Positions 1 through 12,000 of a DNA stretch of 64,000 nt are shown in pieces (position 1 is the stretch's first letter; every line of letters begins with the position of its first letter). The notes under the pieces were generated by a model, which worked only from the letters and a program-made list of their open reading frames with translations, had not been told where the DNA came from and searched no databases. The position numbers were made by a program, and so were the translations under genes. The stretch lies in NCBI RefSeq assembly GCF_009914755.1, contig NC_060940.1; one strand, written 5' to 3'. This DNA comes from the human T2T-CHM13v2.0 reference genome, Homo sapiens.

Positions 1-3000
1 ATTCCTTTGAATTCCATTCGATTATCATTCCGTATGAATCCATTTGATGATTATTCCATTGGATTCCTTTCGATGATGATTCCATTCGAGTCCATTCGGT
101 GATTCTATTCGAATCCATTTGATGATTTCTTTTGATTATAGTTGTTGATGATTCCTTTGGAGTCCATTCAATGATTCCATTCGATTCCAATCGATGGTGA
201 TTCCATTAGAGTCCATTTAATGATTCCATTTGATTCCAGTCTCTGATGATTACATTCGAGTCCATACGATGATTCCACTCAATTCCATATGATGATGATT
301 CCATTCGATTCCATTCGATGATTCCATTCTATTCTATTCAATGGTGATTCCATTCGAGTACATTAGATGATTCCATTCGATTCCATTCAATGATGATTCT
401 ATTTGTGTCCCTTAGATGATTCCACATGATTCCATTAGATGATGATACTATTTGAGCCCATCCAATGATTCCCTTCGATTCCATTCGATGAGGATTCCAT
501 TCGATTCAATTCATTGGTGATTCTATTCAATTCAATTCTTTGATTCCATTGCATTCCATTCGACAATGATTCCATTCGATTTCTTTCGATGATTCCACTC
601 GATTCCACTTGACATTGATTCCATTCGATTCCATTCAATGATTCCGTTTGATTCCAGTGGATGATGATTGCCATGAATTCCATTCGATCACTCCATTCTA
701 TTCCATTTGATGATGATTACATTAGATTCCATTTGATGATTCCATCTGATTCTATTCGAGGATTCCATTTGATTCCATTTGATGATGATTCCATTCGAGT
801 CCATTCGATGATTTCATTCGAGTACATCCAATGATTCCATTCGAGTCCATTTGATGATTCCATTTGATGCCATTTGATTATGATTCTACTAGAGTCCATT
901 CAATGACTCCATTCGAATCCATTCAACAATTCCATTCGAGTCCATTCAATGATTCCATTTCATGATTCCATTCGAGTCCATTTAATCATTACAGTCGAGT
1001 CCGTTTGGTGATTCCAATGGATTTCTTTTGATAATGATACCATTCAATTACATTTGATGATGATCCCATTCAATTTCATTTGATGATGATTCCATTAGAG
1101 TCCATTCGATGATTTCATTCGAGTCCCTTCATTGATTCCATCCGATTTCATTTGATGATGACTCCATTCGAGTCCATTCGATGATTCCACTCGATTTCAT
1201 TAGATGATTCCATTGGAGTCCATTTGATTGTTCCATTCGATTCCATTCGATTCCTTTCGAAGATTATTCCATTTGAGTCCATTCGATGATGTTTCCATTC
1301 CATTCCATTCCATTCGATGATTCCGTTTGATTCCATTCGATGATTCCCTTTGATTCCTTTCTATGATGATTCCATTCCATTCCATTCAATGATTCCATTC
1401 GAATCTATTCCATGATGATTCCTTTCGATTCCATTCGCTGATGTTTCCGTTCAATTCCATTCGATGATGATTCCATTCGATTCCATTCATTGAGGATTCC
1501 ATTTGATTCCATTCAATGATGATTCCATTCTATTCCATTCAATGATTGCATTCAATTCCATTCAATGATTATCCCCTTAGAGTAAACTCAACGATTCCAT
1601 TCAATACCATTCGATGATGATTCCTTTTGAGTCCATTCAATGATTTCATTCAAGTCCATTTGATGATTCCTTTCAATTCCATTCTATGATGATTCCATTC
1701 GAGTCCATTCGATGATTCCATTCGATTCCATTCGATGTTGATTCTGTTCAAATCCATTCGATGATTCCACTCGATTCCATTCGATGACTCCAGTTGATCC
1801 CATTCGATGATTTCCTTTGATTCCCTTTGATGATCATTCTATTTGATTCAATTCGGTGATTTCATTTGATTCCATTCAGTGATGTTTCCATTCGACTCCA
1901 TTCGATGATGATTCCATTCGACTCCATTCGATTATGATTTCATTCAATTCCATTCGATAATGATTCCCTTCGAGTGCATTCGATGATTCCATTCGATTCC
2001 ATTCAACGATGATTTGATTCGTGTCCATTCGATGATTCCATTTGATTCCACTTGATGATGATTCCATTCGAGTCCATTTGATGATTCCATTCAATTCCAT
2101 TCTCCGATGATTTCTTTTGAGCCCATTCAATGCTTCCACTCGATTCCATATGATGATGACTCCATTCGATGAAATTCGATGATGATTCCATTCGCTTGCG
2201 TTCGATGATGATTCCACTTGAGTCCGTTAGAAGATTCTATTCAATTACATTCCATGACGATTCCGTTCGAGTCCATTTGATGATTCCATTAGACTCCATT
2301 CGACGATGATTCCATTCGATGTTATTCGATGATTCCATTCGATCTCATTCGATGATGATTCCATTCAACTCCATTCGATGTTTCCATTCGAGTTCATTCT
2401 ATTATTCCATTAGATTCCATTCGATGATGATTCCATTCGATTCCATTTGATGATTGCATTCTATTTCATTTGATGATGATTCCATTCGAGTCCACTCGAT
2501 GATTCCATTCGAGTCCATTTAATGAATCCATTGGTTTCAATTCTATGATGATTACATTGGATTCCATTCGTTGATGATTTCATTCGGTTCCATTCAATGA
2601 TGATTCCATTCAATTCCTTTCAATGTTTCCATTCAATTCCATACGATGATGATTCCATTTGATTTGATTCGACAGTGAGCCATTCGATTCAATTCCATGA
2701 TGATTCTATTTGATTCAATTGGTTGACATTTCCATTCGATTCCATTCGATGATGATTCCCTTTGATTCCATTCAAAGATGATTCCATTCTAGCCCATTCA
2801 ATCATTCCATTCGATTCTATTCAATGAAGATTCCATTCATGTCGATTTGGTGATTCCATTTGACTTCATTTGATGATGATTCCTTTCAAGTTCATTAGAT
2901 GATTCCATTCGATTCCATTTGATGATGATCCCATTCGAGTCCATTTGATGATTCCATTCGTTTCCATTCCATGATGATTCCATTCCATTCCATTCAGTGA

Positions 3001-6000
3001 TTCCATTCGATTCCGTTTGGTGATGATTTCATTCGAGTCCATTTGATGATTCCATTTGATTCCATTCGATGATGATTCCATTCGAGTCCATTCGATGATT
3101 CTATTCGAATCCACTTGATGATTTCTTTTGATTATAGTTGGTGATGATTCCATTGGAGTCCATTCAATGATTCCATTCAATTCCAATCGATGGTGATTCC
3201 ATTAGAGTCCATTTAATGATTCCATTTGATTCCAGTCTCTGATGATTACATTCGAGTCCATACGATGATTCCACTCAATTCCATATGATGATGATTCCAT
3301 TCGATTCCATTCGATGATTCCATTCTATTCTATTCAATGGTGATTCCATTCGAGTACATTAGATGATTCCATTCGATTCCATTCAATGATGATTCTATTT
3401 GTGTCCCTTAGATGATTCCACATGATTCCATTAGATGATGATACTATTTGAGCCCATCCAATGATTCCCTTCGATTCCATTCGATGGGGATTCCATTCGA
3501 TTCAATTCATTGGTGATTCTATTCAATTCAATTCTTTGATTCCATTGCATTCCATTCGACAATGACTCCATTCGATTTCTTTCGATGATTCCACTCGATT
3601 CCACTTGACATTGATTCCCTTCGATTCCATTCAATGATTCCATTTGATTCCAGTGGATGATGATTGCCATCGATTCCATTCGATCACTCCATTCTATTCC
3701 ATTTGATGATGATTACATTCGATTCCATTTGATGATTCCATCTGATTCTATTCGAGGATTCCATTTGATTCCATTCGATGATGATTCCATTCGAGTCCAT
3801 TCGATGATTTCATTCGAGTACATCCAATGATTCCATTCGAGTCCATTTGATGATTCCATTTGATTCCATTTGATTATGATTCTACTAGAGTCCATTCAAT
3901 GACTCCATTCGAATCCATTCCACAATTCCATTCGAGTCCATTCAATGATTCCATTTCATGATTCCATTCGAGTCCATTTAATCATTACAGTCGAGTCCGT
4001 TTGGTGATTCCACTGGATTTCTTTTGATAATGATACCATTCAATTACATTTGATGATGATCCCATTCAATTTCATTTGATGATGATTCCATTAGAGTCCA
4101 TTCGATGATTTCATTCGAGTCCCTTCATTGATTCCATCCGATTTCATTGGATGATGACTCCATTCGAGTCCATTCGATGATTCCACTCGATTCCATTAGA
4201 TGATTCCATTGGAGTCCATTTGATTGTTCCATTCGATTCCGTTTGATTCCTTTCGAAGATTATTCCATTTGAGTCCATTCGATGATGTTTCCATTCCATT
4301 CCATTCCATTCGATGATTCCGTTTGATTCCATTCGATGATTCCCTTTGATTCCTTTCTATGATGATTCCATTCCATTCCATTCAATGATTCCATTCGAAT
4401 CTATTCCATGATGATTCCTTTCGATTCCATTCGCTGATGTTTCCGTTCAATTCCATTCGATGATGATTCCATTCGATTCCATTCATTGAGGATTCCATTT
4501 GATTCCATTCAATGATGATTCCATTCTATTCCATTCAATGATTGCATTCAATTCCATTCAATGATTATCCCCTTAGAGTAAACTCAACGATTCCATTCAA
4601 TACCATTCGATGATGATTCCTTTTGAGTCCATTCAATGATTTCATTCAAGTCCATTTGATGATTCCTTTCAATTCCATTCTATGATGATTCCATTCGAGT
4701 CCATTCGATGATTCCATTCGATTGCATTCGATGATTCCATTATATTCCAGTCAACGATGATTCCATTCGAGTCCATTCGATGATTCCATTAGAGTACTTT
4801 TAAAGATTGCTTTGTTTTCAATTCGAAGATGATTACATTGGATTCCATTCTATGATACCATTCGATTCCATTCAATGATGATTCCACTCAAATCCATTGG
4901 ATGATTCCATTCGTGTCCATTCGGTGATTTCATTAGATTCGATTCGAGGATGATTCCATTCGATTCCATTCGATGATGATTCCATTCGAGTCCATTCGAT
5001 GATTCCATTTGATTCCATATGATGATGATTCCATTCGATTCCATACCATGATGATTCCATTCGAGTCCATTCAATGGTGATTCCATTCAATTCCATTCGA
5101 TGATTCCTTTCGATTCCATTCGATGATGATGGCATTCGATTCCTTTCAATCATTCCCTTTGATTCCATTCAAAGGTGATTTCATTCAAGTCCTTTCGATG
5201 ATTCCATTTGATTCCACTTGATGATGATTCCATTCGAGTCCATTTGATGATTCCATTCAATTCCATTCTCCGATGATTTCTTTTGAGCCCATTCAATGTT
5301 TCCACTCGAATCCATAGGATGATGACTCCATTCGATGAAATTCGATGGTGATTCCATTCGCTTGCTTTCGATGATGATTCCACTTGAGTCCGTTAGAAGA
5401 TTCTATTCAATTACATTCCATGACGATTCCGTTCGAGTCCATTTGATGATTCCATTAGACTCCATTCGACGATGATTCCATTCGATGTTATTCGATGATT
5501 CCATTCGATCTCATTCGTTGATGATTCCATTCAACTCCATTCGATGTTTCCATTCGAATTCATTCTATTATTCCATTAGATTCCATTCGATGATGTTTCC
5601 ATTCGTTTCCATTTGATGATTGCATTCTATTTCATTTGATGATGATTCCATTCGAGTCCACTCGATGATTCCATTCGAGTCCATTTAATGAATCCATTGG
5701 TTTCAATTCTATGATGATTACATTGGATTCCATTCGTTGATGATTTCATTCGGTTCCATTCAATGATGATTCTATTCAATTCCTTTCAATGTTTCCATTC
5801 AATTCCATACGATGATGATTCCATTTGATTTGATTCGACAGTGAGCCATTCGATTCAATTCCATGATGATTCTATTTGATTCAATTGGTTGACATTTCCA
5901 CTCGATTCCATTCGATGATGATTCCTTTTGATTCCATTCAAAGAAGATTCCTTTCTAGCCCATTCAATCATTCCATTCGACTCTATTCAATGATGATTCC

Positions 6001-9000
6001 ATTCATGTCGATTTGGTGATTCCATTTGACTTCATTTGATGATGATTCCTTTCAAGTTCATTAGAGGATTCCATTCGATTCCATTTGATGATGATCCCAT
6101 TCGAGTCCATTCAGTGATTCCATTCGTTTCCATTCCATGATGATTCCATTCCATTCCATTCAATGATTCCATTCGATTCCGTTTGATGATGACTTCATTC
6201 GAGTCCATTTGATGATTCCATTTGATTCCATTCGATGATGATTCCATTCGAGTCCATTCGATGATTCTATTCGAATCTACTTGATGATTTCTTCTGATCA
6301 TAGTTGGTGATGATTCCATTGGAGTCCATTCAATGATTCCATTCGATTCCAATCGATGATGATTCCATTAGAGTCCATTTAATGATTCCATTTGATTCCA
6401 GTCTCTGATGATTACATTCGAGTCCATACGATGATTCCACTCAATTCCATATGATGATGATTCCATTCGATTCCATTCGATGATTCCATTCTATTCTATT
6501 CAATGGTGATTCCATTCGAGTACATTAGATGTTTCCATTCGATTCCATTCAATGATGATTCTATTTGTGTCCCTTAGATGATTCCACATGATTCCATTAG
6601 ATGATGATACTATTTGAGCCCATCCAATGATTCCCTTCGATTCCATTCGATGAGGATTCCATTCGATTCAATTCATTGGTGATTCTATTCAATTCAATTC
6701 TTTGATTCCATTAAATTCCATTCGACAATGATTCCATTCGATTTCTTTCGATGATTCCACTCGATTCCACTTGACATTGATTCCATTCGATTCCATTCGA
6801 TGATTCCAATTGATTCCAGTGGATGATGATTGCCATCGATTCCATTCGATCACTCCATTCTATTCCATTTGATGATGATTACATTCGATTCCATTTGATG
6901 ATTCCATCTGATTCTATTCGAGGATTCCATTTGATTCCATTCGATGATGATTCCATTTGATTCCATTCGATGATTCCATTACAGTACATTTAATGATTGC
7001 TTTGTTTTCAATTCGAAGATGATTACATTGGATTCCATTCTATGATACCATTCGATTCCATTCAATGATGATTCCACTCAAATCCATTGGATGATTCCAT
7101 TCGTGTCCATTCGGTGATTTCATTAGATTCCATTCGAGGATGATTCCATTCGATTCCATTCAATGATTCCATTCAATTCCATTCGATGATGATTCCATTC
7201 GAGTCCATATGATCATTCCATTTGATTTCATTCGATGATGATTCCATTCGATTCCATTCGATGATTCCATTCTATTCCATTCGATGATGATTCCATTCGA
7301 GTCCATTCGATGATTCCATTCGAGTCCATTTAATGATTCCATTGGGTTCAATTCAATGATGATTACATTGGATTCCGTTCTATGATTCCATTCAATTCCG
7401 TTCATTGACAATTTGATTCCATTCGATGATGACTCCATTTGAGTTCATTCGATGATTCTATTCGATTCTCTTCGATGGTGATTCAATTCTATTATATTGG
7501 ATGATTCCATTCGATTCCATTGGATGTTGATTCAATTCAATTCTATTCGATGATGATTCCATTGGATTTCACTTGATGATTCTATTCGATTCCATTCAAT
7601 GATGATTCACTTCTCGTCCATTGGATGGTTCCATTTCATTCCATTCGATGATGATTCCATTCGATGATTCCATTTGATTCCATTCGACGGTGACGAATTC
7701 GATTCAATTCCATGATGATTCTATTTGATTCAATTAGATGATGTTTCCATTCGAATCCATTCCATGATTATTCCATTGGAATCCATTCGGCGATGATTCC
7801 ATATGAGTCAATTCAATGATGATTCCATATGGGTCCGTTCGATGATAATTCCATTTGATTTCATTCGATGCTTCTATTCAATTCCAGTAGATGATGATTC
7901 CGTTGGAGTCCATACGATGATTCCATTTGATTTCATTTGATGATGATTCCATTCGATGATGATTACATTGGATTCCATTCTATGATTCCATTCAATTCCA
8001 TTTGTTGATGATTCGATTCCATTCAATGATGATTCCATTTGAGTTCATTCGATGATTCTATTCGATTCCGTTCGATGGTGATTCAATTCTATTATATTGG
8101 ATGATTCCAGTCGATTCCATTTGATGATTATTCCATTGGAGTCCACTTAGTGAATCCTTTAGATTCTACTCGAAGATGATTCCATTCGAGTCCATTCGAT
8201 GATACCATTCAATTCCATTCGTTGATGCTTCCATTCAAGTGCATTCGATGATATCATTCGATTCCATTTGATGATAATTCCATTTGATTCCATGCGATGA
8301 TTCTATTCGATTCCATTCAATGATAATTCCATTCAATTCAGTGATTCCTCTGGACTCCATTTGATGATGATTCCATTCAATGATTCCATTCGATTCTATT
8401 CGAAAATGATTCCATTTGAATCCATTTGATGATGATTCCATTAGATTCCATTTGATGATTCCATTCGATTCCATTCGACGATGATTCCATTCGATTCCGT
8501 TTGATGATGCCATTCTATTCTATTCGATGATGATTCCATTCGATTCCATTCGATGATGATTGGATTCGATTCCATTTGATGATTTCATTTGATTCCATTC
8601 GTTAATGATTGCGATCAATTCAATTCGATGATTCCATTCGATTCCATTCGGTAATGATTACATCCGAGTCCATTCGATGATTCCATTTGAGCCTGTTCGA
8701 TAATTCCATTTGAGTCCAACCAATGATTCCATTCATTTCCATTCAATGATTCCATTCGAGTCCATTTGATCATTCCGGTAGGGTCCATTCGATGTTGATT
8801 CCATTGGAGTGCATTCGATGATTCCATTCGAGTCCATTTTAGGATTTGATTCGAGTCCTTTCGATGATTCCATTCGATTCCACTCGATGATGATTTCATT
8901 CGAGTCCATTCGACACTTCCAATCGATTCCATTTGATGATTCCATTCGAGTCCAATTGATGATTCCATTCAATTCCATTCGATGATGATTCCGTACGATT

Positions 9001-9087
9001 CCATTCTGTGATGATTCCATGTGATTGCATTCAATGATGATTCCTTTCGATTGCATTCGATTATGATTCATTTCGTGTTCATTCTAT
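1..9087 (+). repeat. Run of truncated HOR derivatives (~3.0-kb and ~3.17-kb sub-periods)
   Basis: The TGTGTCCCTTAG/TTGAGCCCATCC landmark recurs at spacings of 2996 (ORF track 435 to 3431), ~3166 and ~5121 instead of ~6050. Confidence 0.82.
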
Positions 9088-12000
9088 GGTTCCACAGGTT
9101 TCCATTCGTGTCCATTCCATTATTCCATTCTATTCCATTTGATGATGATTCCATTCGATTCCATTCATTGGTGATTCCACTCAATTCCATTCAATGATTC
9201 CATTCCATTTCTTTCAACAATGATTCCATTACTTTCTAATCGATGATCCACTTGATTCCATTTGACGACGATTCCATTCTTGTCCATTCGATGATTCCAT
9301 TTGATTCCATATGATGATGATTGCATTCGATTCCATACGATGATGATTCCATTCGAGTCCATTCAATGGTGATTCCATTCAATTCCATTCGATGATTTCT
9401 TTCGATTCCATTCGATGATGATGGCATTCGATTCCTTTCCATCATTCCATTTGATTCCATTCAAAGGTGATTTCATTCAAGTCCATTCGATAATTGCATT
9501 CGATTCCATTCTATGATGATTTCATTCGAGTCCGTTTGATGATTCCATTCAATTCAAGTCAATGATGATTCCATTCGATTCCATTCAATGATTCCATTGG
9601 ATTCCATTCGATGATGATTCCATTCAAATCCATTCGATAATTCAATTCAAGTCCATTCGATGATGATTCCAATCGAATCCATTCAAAGATTCCATTCAGT
9701 TCCATTCGATGATTCCCTTAGATTCCATTCGATGATTCCACTTGATTCCATTTGCGATGATTCCATTCGATTCCATGTGATGATTCCATTCAATTCTATT
9801 CAATGCTGTTTCCATTTGATTCCATTCGACCATGATTGCCTTTAATTCCATTCAATGACTCCATTCGGTTCCTTTTGATGATGATTCCGTTCGATTCCAT
9901 TTGATGATTCCATTTGATTCGATTGGATGAGTCCATTCGATTACATTCGATGATTATTCCATTCGAGTGCATTAGATGATTCCATTCGAGTCCATTCGAT
10001 GATTCCGTTCGATTCCATTCGATGTTGATTCTGTTCAAATCCATTCGATGATTCCACTCGATTCCATTCGATGACTCCAGTTGATCCCATTCGATGATTT
10101 CCTTTGATTCCCTTTGATGATCATTCCATTTGATTCAATTCGGTGATTTCATTTGATTCCATTCAGTGATGTTTCCATTCGACTCCATTCGATGATGATT
10201 CCATTCGACTCCATTCGATTATGATTTCATTCAATTCCATTCGATAATGATTCCCTTCGAGTCCATTCGATGATTCCATTCGATTCCATTCAACGATGAT
10301 TTGATTCGTGTCCATTCGATGATTCCATTTGATTCCACTTCATGATGATTCCATTCGAGTCCATTTGATGATTCCATTCATTTCCATTCTCCGATGATTT
10401 CTTTTGAGCCCATTCAATGCTTCCACTCGATTCCATATGATGATGACTCCATTCGATGAAATTCGATGATGATTCCATTCGCTTGCTTTCGATGATGATT
10501 CCACTTGAGTCCGTTAGAAGATTCTATTCAATTACATTCCATGACGATTCCGTTCGAGTCCATTTGATGATTCCATTAGACTCCATTCAACGATGATTCC
10601 ATTCGATGTTATTCGATGATTCCATTCGATCTCATTCGATGATGATTCCATTCAAATCCATTCGATGTTTCCATTCGAGTTCATTCTATTATTCCATTAG
10701 ATTCCATTCGATGATGATTCCATTCGATTCCATTTGATGATTGCATTCTATTTCATTTGATGATGATTCCATTCGAGTCCACTCGATGATTCCATTCGAG
10801 TCCATTTAATGAATCCATTGGTTTCAATTCTATGATGATTACATTGGATTCCATTCGTTGATGATTTCATTCGGTTCCATTCAATGATGATTCCATTCAA
10901 TTCCTTTCAATGTTTCCATTCAATTCCATACGATGATGATTCCATTTCATTTGATTTGACAGTGAGCCATTCGATTCAATTCCATGATGATTCTATTTGA
11001 TTCAATTGGTTGACATTTCCATTCGATTCCATTCGATGATGATTCCCTTTGATTCCATTCAAAGATGATTCCATTCTAGCCCATTCAATCATTCCATTCG
11101 ATTCTATTCAATGATGATTCCATTCATGTCGATTTGGTGATTCCATTTGACTTCATTTGATGATGATTCCTTTCAAGTTCATTAGATGATTCCATTCGAT
11201 TCCATTTGATGATGATCCCATTCGAGTCCATTCAGTGATTCCATTCGTTTCCATTCCATGATGATTCCATTCCATTCCATTCAATGATTCCATTCGATTC
11301 CGTTTGATGATGATTTCATTCGAGTCCATTTGATGATTCCATTTGATTCCATTCGATGATGATTCCATTCGATTCCATTAGATGATTCTATTCGAATCCA
11401 CTTGATGATTTCTTTTGATTATATTTGGTGATGATTCCATTGGAGTCCATTCAATGATTCCATTCGATTCCAATCGATGGTGATTCCATTAGAGTCCATT
11501 TAATGATTCCATTTGATTCCAGTCTGTGATGATTACATTCGGGTCCATACGATGATTCCACTCAATTCCATATGATGATGATTCCATTCGATTCCATTCG
11601 ATGATTCCATTCTATTCTATTCAATGGTGATTCCATTCGAGTACATTAGATGATTCCATTCGATTCCATTCAATGATGATTCTATTTGTGTCCCTTAGAT
11701 GATTCCACATGATTCCATTAGATGATGATACTATTTGAGCCCATCCAATGATTCCCTTCGATTCCGTTCGATGAGGATTCCATTCGATTCAATTCATTGG
11801 TGATTCTATTCAATTCAATTCTTTGATTCCATTCCATTCCATTCGACAATGATTCCATTCGATTTCTTTCGATGATTCCACTCGATTCCACTTGACATTG
11901 ATTCCATTCGATTCCATTCAATGATTCCATTTGATTCCAGTGGATGATGATTGCCATCGATTCCATTCGATCACTCCATTCTATTCCATTTGATGATGAT

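Noticed and set aside
1290-1316. (CATTC)4 run suggesting HSat3 or TEAD (CATTCC) sites
   Set aside because: Only 3-4 pentamers in a row, within HSat2 context. It is not an HSat3 domain and is too sparse to claim a binding platform.
9660-9845. Plus-strand ORF, also at 51386-51571
   Set aside because: It arises from chance loss of stop codons in the satellite. Its two copies simply mark the 41.7-kb duplication.
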